Below, in pieces: positions 40,288 through 52,370 of a stretch of 64,000 nt of DNA. Below the pieces are notes generated by a model. It ran no database searches. It worked only from the letters and a program-made list of their open reading frames with translations, and was not told the origin of the DNA. Origin of the DNA: Nageia nagi (lineage: Eukaryota; Plantae; Pinophyta). Made by a program: the position numbers and the translations under genes. The DNA lies in assembly GCA_050084985.1 (NCBI GenBank), contig JBITNC010000001.1:146568001-146632000 (forward strand). Reading direction: 5' to 3'. The stretch's first letter is position 1. Each line of letters opens with the position of its first letter.

Positions 40288-42561
40288 GAAGAAAATAAAG
40301 TGTAACATTCTTCTTTAAGTAGAGATAAGTAATACTCAATTTTATAAGATCAATGTTGGCCCTCTACTATTATAAAATACTAAAAAGATAAAAATAGTTA
40401 AATTATACATAAAAGTATCTTTCCAATAATGTAAAGAATATGAAAACCAAGTTAAAATGAAAAAGTATGGCTATTTTAGTATCGTATTATTTTCTCTGTA
40501 TGTTTATAAATTAGGTCAATAATAGGTTACCTTGCCCTACTAATCTCAACACCTTGGTATATATTAATATTATTAGGGTTAAGTTTAATTTCAATAGCAT
40601 CTTTAATTATTCATTCTTAGAATCTATCACATCTAGCTAGGAATTCAAACTTATCCATGAGTATTTGGTGTTTAGTCTTATCTACATGTTAAACAAGGGT
40701 AGATTTCATTATTCTATTATATTGTAAATTAGCATAATATTTTTAACTCTTTCATGTATTGACCTACCTATTTCACTAATGTAACAAGTTCCACACTTGT
40801 ACATTATCTTTTATACACCTTTATGTTGTAAGGGTTCTACATGGTCCTTCACAGATATGAACATGTTCTCTTATATATTGAGAGGAAGAAAAAATATCTG
40901 AATATGTATGTTTAGCACTATTTTAGCTAAATTATCACTTAAACCCTTGATATAGGGAAGGTAGGCTACCCCTATGTATGAATTAGTATTATTATGGTCT
41001 ATTCTCTAATTAGTTTTTCTTCTTTCTATCTTATATTATGCATGTCTAGTCTCTTTAGTAGAATAATTATTACTCATTAGTGCTTTAGTTAGATGCATTT
41101 TCTTCTTATGTATATGGTCATTATCTAAAATTCTAAGAGCTCTAGTTACAAGAATGTTGAGTACCTCCATATTTTTAGCATAATGATGATGAGATGAGGC
41201 ATGCAAGTATATTCTTGTATGTGTCTTTTTTCTATATACCTCATGTCCCAACTCCCTATTATCCTTTTTATACACTAGTACATCTAGGAAAGGTATCTTA
41301 CTATCATGTTCAATTTCTTTTATAAATTGAATACAATCATTAATTTATTATAGCTTTCCTTACTTTATTTATAATCTTATTCAAGGGGTTAGTATTTTAT
41401 TTATTATAGCTACCTAAAGAAATAAGATCATCTAAAATTTTTGCATGGTAGTCACTAACATTAAGAACTATAGTTGTATTTCCTTTATCCGCTTTTAGTA
41501 TGAAAATATCTTTCTTACTTTTTAGTTCTCTTAAAGCAACCTCATCATTCTTGGAAATATTTTTCTTTAGTGTTTTTTCCTTTTTTAATACTCTTACACA
41601 TTACTGGAGAATATTTTTAGCCACATTATTAGGAAGATCTTTTATAGATAACTCAATATCATAAATGAATTTTTCATGAGGATGTTTCTTTTGATTGATA
41701 ACAAATTGAGACCCTTATTTAAAATATTCATAGCATTATTACTTATAACAACACTAGAGATATAATAATAATCCTTTGAACATAGACCTTTCAAACTTTC
41801 TTGGTTAGCATTATGCATTAAATATAACTAAATCATTAACATGGAAAGGAAAGGGAATATGAGAGTGTATCTTGTAAGGTGATACATATGTATTTAAAGA
41901 TGAAGAATATGGATCAATTATAGAAGAGGAACAATGAAAAAAAGCAAGTAAAATGTATTAAATGTTATTGTTGTATGTATGATCTTCATGTAACATTTAT
42001 AGGTTATTAGGGAAATTACTATTTAATAGCATCGGAGGAATTCCACTTGATAAAATTAAATTACTGGTGTTGTAAATGTTAAGAAGTATATCTTTACTAT
42101 AATAAATCTTATTATAAATAAAAGGATGATAATCAACATAGTTAGGTAAGATATTAGTTTTAAAAATTAGCCTAACATTATTTTTTAGAGTTTCAAATTT
42201 CTTTATATGTCTCTTCATTGTAGATATCTCCTCCCACTCTACTTTGCCTGATGATCTCATTTCTATGATATCCCATGTCTTTCTATCAAAAATGTTAGCA
42301 ATTTTGATATGTAGTGAGAATAAGTTTATAGAGATATCATCTAGTTTTTTCAACTTATTATTGATCTCAATACGCAAAATAGCCCTACTAGCTCTTTCTA
42401 AAATTTTTTTTCATATAATATCATTAGAGGGGTATTTTCATCATGTAAAATTGGGTAAACTATGTTCATCTTTACATATTTTTAGAAAGGTCAAGTCCAT
42501 TAGAAGCATAATTTTCTACATTCCTAGACATTCAAATCTTAGTGGTTTGATGTTGACTTGC

Positions 42562-42626
42562 ATATGAATTTGAATTGTTGACATTTCAAGTCTAATTTAT
42601 GGGACCCATATTTCAAAATACTAAAT
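42562..42626 (-). ncRNA. 5' pseudo-LTR repeat of the PLE with a degenerate minimal hammerhead ribozyme
   Basis: Minus strand 42616-42580 reads tTGAAATA-T-GGGTCC-cataaat-TAGACTT-GAAA-TGTC. GAAA and the GUC triplet are retained, with CG->TG decay. Ends at the putative ATG (42561-42563) of the PLE ORF. Confidence 0.7.
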
Positions 42627-44264
42627 TATTCATTACATACATAAATTTATTAAAAATTAAAATATCATGTATATATTAAAATTTTTATGACTATCATACA
42701 ATTATACTTTTTAAATAACAATATGTATATCTAAAATCTTTCCAACAAAAATAAAAATAAAAATAATATAAAAATTAGAAAATATTTTTAACTTATTAAC
42801 CATTCATTGCATATATTTACAAATAATAAATATATAACTTATACAAATATTTTGTATATTTAAACATAACAAATAAGTAAAAAATAAAAGATTTGATATA
42901 AATTTAATTATTTTATCTAATGAACAAATCAACACAGTCATAAATTTTGCATGAATATTGTAACCTAATTTATGAAAAGTATTACTAATAAAAAAATGAT
43001 TACTCAAAATATAAAAATATTTAAACTAAATATTTTGAAGTCACTTTCCTAACATCTTAAACTATAAACAAAAAATCAAAACTTCAAAATAAAATAACCT
43101 ACACATAATCTTTTTAAAAACATCCATGAAACTATGTGAACTATCAAAATATAACATTTATATTTTGTATGTTTATTTTACTTTTAATAGCTTCGAATAA
43201 ATGTGTATATATTTCAAACTTTTATTACATTATTCATTTTACAAAAATACATAGATTTTGATTAAATGATTATTATTTTAAAAAAGGATATCAATATATT
43301 AAAGTATTTAGTTTGTTTTGGAAAATGGTATCAAAAACTCAATATAAAATGAGTTATTTTATCTATTTTTATGGTCTACTTGGTGTAAATAATTATTATT
43401 CCATATGTGTTTTTTAATATATAATATTCAAATAGTGGATTTTCAAATGTGTCTCAAAAAACTTCTTATAATTATTTAATATATAAAATTTTATAATTAT
43501 CTAATGATATAACCTATGAGAGATGAATCTCTAATGAATAACTACATAAGGCTACAAAAAGTATTTAAAATCCACTTTGTACCTAAACACATTTTTAAAA
43601 AAAGTCTTTGAAGACCAATTATTTCTTAGAGAATAATCTCTCAATCATAAAAAAAGGGTATTACGAGTAACTAAATTTTTATAACCAAACTAAAAAGAGG
43701 ATTTGAAATCCATTTGTCTATCAGAAACTTTTATCACCATTCAAATAAACCCTTACACCATAAAGTAGGGAATCACTTATAACTTCCTAATGTATAAGAT
43801 TATTTCTATACTTTACATTTTTAGCACCTTAAAATATATATCCATATCCTAACGAATGTTTGCTAGATTCTTAAGTGAGGTTAAGATAAGGCCTCATTTA
43901 TTGTGTCCAATTATAGGATAATATGATAAAAGGTTAAGCTATGGGATTCATATTTCAAACCATAAGAAAATCAAATAATGTGTTATTAGCGTTATTCTAT
44001 CAATATCTCCATCATTCTAGGCTTCCACGCCCCCACTATTATAGATATCTATTGCATCCATAGGATTGAATGAGCTATAGATAGAGGATTATCAATATCT
44101 ATTGAAACTAATTTTGTTTCTATTCATCTTATGAATATCGACCTCCCTAGCTACATCCTAAATGTCACCAATAAGCTAGACTTCAAATAACACATAGGCC
44201 TTGAGGGCTATGTTCCTACATGATGTACATATTTTTTAATAAAAAAGTAGATAATATTAAAAAA

Positions 44265-44267
<3 letters not shown>

Positions 44268-44296
<29 letters not shown>
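44268..44296. repeat. (TA)n microsatellite
   Basis: Pure TA run. Homologous shorter tracts at ~19670, ~27079 and ~59278. Confidence 0.97.
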
Positions 44297-44299
<3 letters not shown>

Positions 44300-45168
44300 A
44301 TCAAATTTAAATAATAAAATTATTTATATTAAAAATAAATAACCTTATGTTAAAAAAATAGGGATCTTTTATTAAAAAAATAGAGATCTCTCCAAAATAA
44401 AGGGATTCCTATACATTTGTTTTGACAAATAAAGGAAGTTCTTATTTTATTAAAATAAACAATCCATTACAAAAGGTATAGAAATTGAAGGATAATAAAT
44501 TTAGGAATTATCTTACCTTGTTACTCTTGTTCCTAGATTTTTGGTTCACTTAGCCAACCATAGAATCTTACACTAATTGAAGCTGCAAAAAGAAAAATAA
44601 TAATATTATAAAAGCAATATTACATCAATAAATCAAGATAATAAGATAAAACCCTACTTTTTTAAAAATGAAAGAGTGATAGCAAACCATTATTATAATA
44701 ATTTTCTTAACATTTATGCAATCTATAGAAAGAGAAGAATAGAATAATTTCTAATATAAATTAATTAGAAATTTATCCTACATTATTATAAATACTACTT
44801 AGAGAGCATGAGATGAGTGTCTCATGAACTCTAAGTTAACAGTTTCACCACTATAAGAATATGCCACTTTTCATCCTATGTGCCACCACACATATGCCAA
44901 AATCCACCTTAGGTATGCTACACATAAACATATGTAGGCCTGTCAAATTACCATCAAGAAGAATTTCAAAGCTAACTCACCTAGTTTAACTCAATTCAAA
45001 AAAGATTTAATAATCTAGTTAATATATTATTTAATAATAAGTAAAATATTATTCAACACATAATAACATAAGTATGTCTATTTTATTATTATACAATATT
45101 ATTTAATATATCCCAAAGTACCAATATTATATATGTAATTTATAATATAAATACTTAATACTAAGTAT

Positions 45169-45660
45169 TGAGGTTCATAATATAAACTCAAACAACATTA
45201 ATATTGAAGAGATGAAGGAAAATAAATAGAACTATCCTTCATCAAATACTAACAAATAATAGAAGTGAATATAAGAACTGTATTAACTAAAATAAGGAGA
45301 TTACAAATGGTAGTAATACAACCAAAATTGTGATATAGTAATAGAAAGAATAAAAGAAAATTTAAAGCTAGAGCCTACAATATCTCAATACTCATCCAAT
45401 GTGATAATCAATAATAAAAAAGAATGAATAACTATATTAATTCTACCTCAACCTTAAGATTTATGAGGAATTGGTTACAAGTAGGATTCTCACAATACAT
45501 ATAAATTACAATTACAAAAAAAATTATAAGTAATACCTTAAGAAGCATTGTAATAAGAACTATAGCATAGATGCTAAGTGTTAGATAAGAGCATTGGCAT
45601 TGGTTCACCAGTGATTTTTTTAACTTTAAAAACTAATATTTAGCAACTCCTTTTATAAAT
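45169..45660 (-). repeat. 3' LTR of the copia element
   Basis: Aligns with 50019-50397 and with LTR copies starting at 28072 and 60205. Followed by a PPT relic (tactccttaa in the copy at ~60638) and then the RNase H end. Confidence 0.85.
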
Positions 45661-48600
45661 ACTACTTAATACTAATTGGAATCATTAGGGAGTTTCTCCA
45701 CTTAAAAAAATCATATTTAGCCACTTCTTTTATAAATGCATCTACTAGTTCATCATGTGTTCTACAATATCGTAGTTTAACTAGTATTTTGTCTACCATA
45801 TCATGAATAATATGATATTTAAATTCAAATGCTTTGATCTTCTATGATGGAATAGATGTTGTGCCAAGTGAATGGCATTAAAGTTTTCACAAAATAGTAA
45901 AGTAGGTTTATCTTGCTTATCACCTATCTACTCCAACATCTCTTGAAGCCATAATGCTTAAGCACCTAAGAAAGTGAGTATTATATATTTTGCTTCAATT
46001 GATGAGAGTGCCATTGATCCTTGCTTCTTCAAGCTCCATGTGATTAGTCTACTTCCTTATAAAAACTAATTACTAGAATTAAATATTTGGTCATCTAAAC
46101 CTTTTCCCTAATCTAAATCACTAAAATCAAATAGCTCCATTCTCTCAAAAGAAATTAACTAATCCCATTATTAATATTACTCTTCATAAACCTTGGAATA
46201 TTCTTTACAACCTTTAAATACAATAAATATGAATCACTCATATAGCTTGAAACCATTAAGAGAACATAAGCAATATCTGATCTTATATTCGTAAGAAACA
46301 TAAGGATTCAAATAATTTTTCTAAATTCCTTTAAAATTAGTTTATTAGCCCCATCATATTTACACAACAATACAATATGAGCAACAAGTGTAGGTATTGA
46401 TTTACAACTTTCCATCCCATATGTCTTTGATAGCAAATTAGTTGCATATTTTATTTCATAAATAAAAGATTATGCTATTATTTTGATATACCTATTTACC
46501 AATAAAATAGTGTATTATCCAAAAATTGTTCATTCTAAAGTATTAGATTATATGAATCTTGAATCTCTCATTCAAAATAGAGATGCCACCCATATAAATC
46601 AAGTCATTGTATTGAAACCCATAATTAGGATTTCATTACCTTCTTTCTTGATATAAAAGTTAAGTTTAGATTTTCTCCTCTTGAATCCATTCTTATGAAA
46701 TTAGCCACCAGTTCTATTGTGCCAAGCTCTTGAATCCTGCTCAATACCATACACTACCTTCTTAGACTTGTACACAAAATTATCCTTCTCTTTGACCTCA
46801 AAACCTTAAGGTTTTTGTACATAAATTTTCTCATATAAGTGGGCATTTAGGAATGAACTTTTGAATTCTATATGATGTATAGTATAACATTTATGAGTAT
46901 CAAAGGAAAGTACCATTCTAACAATTTCTTACCTTAATACAAGAGAAAATATCTCTTCATGATCAGTCCCATATTTCTATGTGGATTTATTAGCAATCAA
47001 ACTTGATTTAAATCTTTGAACAATCCCATGCCTATTTTATTTAGTATTGTAGACCCACTTGGATCAAATAGACATATTTCCTTTAGGAAGCTCACATAAC
47101 TCCCAAGTATCACTTCTAACAATGTAATTGATTTCATCCTTCATAGCTTACAACCAAAAATTATTAATACAAGAATGTTCATAGTAATAAGGCTAAAAAA
47201 TAGTAGTAGAAAGAAAATCATAGTTCACCATGCTTTTCTTGGGCTTGGAATCTAGTCATCTCCATACATGTGCATAATCTCAAGTCTTTGAACAACTTAA
47301 TCCATCTCTTGGGCTTGGAATCTAGTCATCCTTGTTTAAAAATTGATACCTAATACTTGAGAAGGTGGATGGATTTGAAGTGCTTTAGCCCGCTTCTTAT
47401 TCTTCTCACTTTACAGAAAATATTAGATGACTCATCATTGGAAGAAGTGATATATTTCTTTTTCTTTGGATTATTTGATGGAATTGTTGAAGGAGGACTA
47501 AGTGGAAAAATATGAGTATTGTTGCTACCTCTATTATTGGTGTTGTGCCTTGTGCTAGCATTAGATTTAGAAGAAGTAGATTGCATATAATTTTACACAC
47601 CCAGTTTAACATTTTATTGCATCTTATTCCCAATGGAAGATGTTGAATGATTCTCTAAATTGGTTCCATAAAAAACATATAGATTTTGATGACTATAGAC
47701 TCCCGCTTAATAAAAAATGATATCTTTTGACATAATAGACTTCCTAGTTTTACGATTGTAAACCTTATAGGCTTTTATCTTCTCATAGTAGCCAATGAAA
47801 ATGAAAACTTTACACTTTATATTAAACTTTTTATTTTATTCATTAACTACATGAGAAAATACTTTCCACTAAAAAAACTTTGAAATTATTCACATTGGAA
47901 TTCTTTTGATACCAAGCCTTATAAGGGGTGATGTTCTTTAAGCTTCTTATGGGGCTTTTATTCAAAATTTATATATTTTTTTCTTGGTAGAATCAACTGA
48001 ATAATTCCTTTTTAATTGTGTGGGTTGCAACATGCTTATAACCATCTTTAAAATAGTCCCATTTTCCTTTTTACAACTCCATTTTGGTGTGGAGTATAAG
48101 TAGTAATGATTTTCCTCATAAGCTTATTATCCTTATAAAATTCTTTAACATGGTGACTAATCAAATATTTAATTCTATATATCAATTCCCTATAAGATTT
48201 TTGAAATTTTTGAAGTGTTGAAATACTCCATAATTATATTTATGGAGTAAGACCCAACATATTCAGGAGTAAATATCAATGGAGGTAAGAAACTTGTAAG
48301 AGTTACTACCTAAACTTTGAGTTTGTATAGGCCTACAAATATCTAAATGAATCATCTACAATAGGTATGAGGCCTTATATGCTTCCCCTTTAGTAAATCT
48401 CTTCCTAAAATGCTTCTCAAGAGAACACCCTTTGCAAATAACTTTTGAGTCCTTCACTTTAGAAAAACCTACACATTATCTAATGAGATGTCAACAATTT
48501 CATGCACCCATAGTTCTAGTGGCCAATTTTGATATACCATAATCAATTTTATTTTTTAACTATAATTCCATATGCAACCACATTTACAAGTTTTCCCTTA

Positions 48601-50018
48601 CAACTCCATACTTTAAGGGAAGCAACCTATTCTCTTTCATGGGAATAATAGTGACTAACTTATTCCCATTATTATTACTATAAATGATATACTTTCCATC
48701 CTCAAAAACCAATTTATAGTTCTTCTCTAAGATTTTTTCCTATACTCAATAAATTATGCTTCATATTTGAACTATAGTAAATATCATTTACCTTCTTATT
48801 TCATTCATTAGTTGCTAGTTCCATTACATCCTTTTCTATAAAAGTCAAGTATTTTTTATCACCAAGCCTAATGTTTTACTTATAGGAGTGGTCCAAGGAA
48901 GTGAAAATCTCCCTATTGTTAGTCATATAGTTTGAACACCTTGTATCAATAAAGAAAGTCTCTTATAGGTTCTTCTCATCTTGATTACAAGATAGAAATA
49001 ACATTTGTTCAATAGAAGCCTTTCCCTCTCCAAAGTGTTTAGACCTCCCTTCATTGCCTTATTTGAGTCTACACTCCCTCTCAAAATGACCAAACTTATC
49101 AGAGTGGTAACATTGTATATTTTTCTTGTTACCTCTTTCTCATCTTTGACTATGAGCAAAACCACCTTAACATTATCCACATATTTCTTTAGAGTATTTT
49201 TGGCCTCTTACTTGACCATTTTTATGTTATTTTCTTGAATACTTAGCATCAATACTAGGCCCAGTATTGATGCTAGAGATAGTTGTTTCTTTGTTTGTTT
49301 CACTTGCAATCCCCTACATTATCTCCTCATGGGACATGATAGAGATAGTAAGATGATCTAATTTAAGCATGATCAATTTTTTTTTTTTCTTAATGATAAT
49401 ATTTATGTTATCCCACTTAGAAGTGAGTGTTCTCAAAATCATTTTGATTACTATAGAATTTTTAATTTTCTTTCTAAGAGTGGCCATCTTATTAACAACT
49501 ATCATCACTCTAATAAAGTAATATTTAGCTGCCATATTCATTTTCATCCTCAAGTTCTCCAACTCCCTTATCAATATTTGCAACATGATCTCTTTCACTT
49601 AGTTACTACCTTGGTAACCTTCTTGTAATGCTTTCCAAGCTTTAGTAGCTAGCTTATAGCTTGCAATCCTTGGAAATATGCTCTTATCTAGAGCTAACTA
49701 AGGATGGTATAGTGTTAGATAGTTCTTCTTTTTATCTTCCCTCTTTATTTATTTAGCATCATCTATTAGTAATCTCTAATATACCAGTTCAAGATATCCA
49801 TCCTCTATATTGTTCCATTAATCTTTTTCCATCTGCAAAGTTTTCACCTTGATACTCTAATACTAATAATTTTCTCCATCAATCTATGGAATGGAAAGAG
49901 ATTATGTAAAATTTATTTCCATAATAGCGTAAGCAATAATATTAAAAAATAACTTAGTAAAATGATATTAAGATGAAAAAATTCAAACCTTATAAGAGAA
50001 CTAGTTCTGATACTAAAA

Positions 50019-50397
50019 TGAGGTTTATAATATAAACTCAAACAATATATGAACTATATAAACTAAAATAAGGAGACTACAAATAGAGGAAATACAACAC
50101 AAACTATGATACAATAATGAAGAAAATAAAATAAAACTTAAAGCTACAACCTACAACAACTCAATAGGCATCTAATACAATAATCAATAATAAAAAAGAA
50201 TGAATAACTATCCTAATTTTACTTGAACATTATGATTGATGAGGGATTGATTACAAGTAGGATTTTCACATTACAAGTAAATTATAGTGAAAAAAGAATC
50301 TATAAGTAACACCTCAAGAATAAATTTTATAAGAACTATAATGCTAATGATCATAAGAGTGTTTATGTTGAGTGTTAGATAAGAGCATTGGCATTGG
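50019..50397 (-). repeat. 5' LTR of the copia element (internal deletion, truncated end)
   Basis: Adjacent to the PBS relic. Homologous to the 3' LTR up to gagcattggcattgg, then unrelated LINE-like sequence. Confidence 0.85.
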
Positions 50398-50399
50398 AA

Positions 50400-51130
50400 T
50401 AAGAAATGAAGCTTTTAGAATAGATGCCATGAGATCAGGTTAATTTTTAAAAAATATAATCTAAGTTATTATATTATATATGTAGTTAACATAATATAAC
50501 TACCTATTATTTATCTATCTCAATTCCCTAAGAATTATTACAGTTGTATTCACCTATTATTAGGTAAACTATTACTTTTATAAGTCTAACATAGATTACA
50601 TATTACAAAACTTCCAAGGTATTATAAAGGATATGTCACCTCTTAGTAATAAGGGATATAACTTATAAATAATTATTTTACTAATGATTCCTTCTTTATA
50701 ATCATATAAGGCCTTCAAATATTCTCTAATGAGCCTAGAAACCTTTTGTAAGGCTTTGGGTTCTAGTATCAAATAAAGAAAAATATGTTATTATGGTTGA
50801 TCCTTCCTTCTTATGTAGGACTATCTCTCTTAGTTGTAATGAAAATGGACTATGCCTAAAGAAATCTTTAAATTTATTCAGATCTTATTCATTTTCCAAA
50901 TTTCAACATCATAGCTTTGGGATTTTATCATTCAAAGTTTGGAGAAGAAGTTGACTTGGTATAATACCATAAAATTTTCTCTAGTAGGAAAATACAAAGT
51001 TTTCCTAAAGATCCAAATAACCATATATTTATATTACTCTTTATGCTAGGTTACCTCTTAGATTACCTTACATAAACTTAATATGTTTCTTTGACATATT
51101 CTTTAATTAAATTCCTACCATTGTAAAAAA
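50400..51130 (+). mobile_element. Decayed L1-clade LINE fragment (RT C-terminal half)
   Basis: Plus strand GIIKDMSPL..NNYFTNDSFF (FADD-like FTND at 50677-50688), then WDFIIQSLEKKLTWYNTIKFSLVGKYKVFLKIQITIYLYYSLC*..KLNMFL*HIL* (~50918-51105), matching the plant L1 pattern KKL..W...LSLAGK...IY..SCW. Confidence 0.65.
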
Positions 51131-51134
51131 AGTA

Positions 51135-51522
51135 ATGTTGTAGAGGATGTTTATTTCATGCTAAAGAGCTTAGGGGGAATAAAACTACTAAATTGTAAAA
51201 GGTGTATACATCATATCATCTATAAGTATAGGATGTTATACATCATATGTTGTATGGGATGTTTAATTGCCTCCAAAGATCTTAGGGGGAATAAAACTAG
51301 TAAATTGTAAAAGTTGTATACATCATATCATCTATAAGTATGGGATGTTATACATCATATGTTGTATGGGATGCTTATTTCATCCTATAGAGCTTAGGGA
51401 GCATAGAAATACTAAATTGTAGAAGGTGTATACATAATATCATATATAAATATGGGATGTTATACAACATATATTGTATCGGATATTTATTTCATCCTAA
51501 AGAGCGTAGGGGGCATAAAACT
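51135..51522 (+). repeat. Minisatellite, 112-bp unit x ~3.4
   Basis: ggatgtttatttcat..gagcttagggggaataaaact recurs at 51145, 51257, 51369 and 51481. Confidence 0.95.
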
Positions 51523-52018
51523 CATAGAAAAATGATAAGTCTTAGAAAGTATTAGTTTGAAACTTCATATCATCTAGGTTCCCATATGATCATTGGTTTA
51601 TACATCCCAAAATTATATTGTTTTAATGGTATTTTATCAAAATTAGTAAAAGTATCAACACAAGCAAAAACAAATCTAAATAGTCAACCTATCAAATAGG
51701 TAATCAACTTACTAATTCTATAGAGGGGTAGTTAGCTAGTTGATACTAAAATATAGGTTTATAAAAACAAATTTGAATACCATTTAAATCAAGTAATTAA
51801 CTCTTATTCAAGAATTTTTAGCATTCTTTGAGTATTGAACATTGACATCCAAATATTGAGCATAGTCTTTGAGCATTTTTCTAAGGTTTTAGAGAAGTCC
51901 ATCATTATAATAGTTGCTATCCAAAGTGAGTATATTCAGGCTCATTACATTTATAGTTGTCATTAAAAGATTTGATACTTTAAATTTCTAGAAACTAAAA
52001 TCTTAAGGAACAAAGTAG

Positions 52019-52370
52019 TTATAAATTACACAAAAATAAATAGTATAATAATACACTAAGCATCATATCCAATAAACATAAAAGTACCTTGATAGAATTT
52101 GCTTTCATATTCAGAGATAGCCATGGGTCTCTTGTTTGATGATGCTCTAGATACATCAAATAAATGTGCAATAGTAGTACTCCTTTGCCTTTTACTCCTA
52201 GCTTAACAACTTTATTATGAAATAGACATTTCCAATGTAAGAAATGTTCAAGTAGGCATAGGTTGCAAAACATATGAAGATAATGAAGAAGTGGCATCAA
52301 CAGTACTTGAGTTCATAGATGAAGATTAAGGGCATCATATATGGAATGAGAAGCTCATGCCCATGTAGAA
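52019..52370 (-). pseudogene. More diverged paralogue of the RING-like fragment
   Basis: ORF 52019-52300 HMFCNLCLLEHFLHWKCLFHNK..LLLHIY aligns with the 25136-25320 translation. Flanks 51914-52980 align with 24932-25780. Confidence 0.55.

Larger units (their letters stand above)
40203..42627 (-). mobile_element. Penelope-like retroelement (GIY-YIG endonuclease type, Dryad-like), internally deleted
   Basis: Minus-strand motifs in PLE order: N-terminal TFLKICKDEHSLPNF (~42450-42493), ORF 41997-42377 (TWDIIE..KRHIKKFETL), ILNKGLN (~41705-41730), ILKADKGNTTIVLNVSDY (~41450-41505), RT thumb IQFIKEIEHDSKIPFLDVLV..VYRKKTHTRIYLHASSHHH..LVTRALRI (41036-41332), linker AYLPYIKGLSDNLAKI, GIY-YIG KGV*KIMYKCGTCYISEIGRSIHERVK (~40745-40822), then IIKDAIEIKLNPNNIN. 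Flanked by ~65-bp direct repeats. Confidence 0.93.
45169..50397 (-). mobile_element. Ty1/copia LTR retrotransposon, near full length, decayed (stops and frameshifts)
   Basis: Both LTRs begin TGAGGTT(T/C)ATAATATAAACTC (45169 and 50019). tRNA-Met PBS relic gttctgatacta at 50004-50015 (canonical reverse complement gctctgatacca). Minus-strand domains in copia order: gag (IFPRIASYKLATKAWKALQEGYQG; ORF 49314-49598), zinc knuckle (IQCYHSDKFGHFERECR), protease (FIDTRCSNYMT ~48920-48955), integrase (IHLDICRPIQTQS, YTPHQNGVVKRKN ~48060-48360), RT (MKDEI..DTWELCELPKG..KWVY; YNDLIYMG ~46590-46615), RNase H (GFSD-like motif, KYHIIHDMV). The 5' LTR is cut at 50397. Confidence 0.93.

Noticed and set aside
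42246-42252. Isolated CTGATGA heptamers (also ~25183, ~35868, ~57397) as hammerheads or C/D boxes
   Set aside because: No stem II plus GAAAC partner or box architecture was seen.
51135-51522. Regularly spaced repeats as a CRISPR array
   Set aside because: Whole 112-bp units repeat with no unique spacers, the context is eukaryotic, and there are no cas genes.
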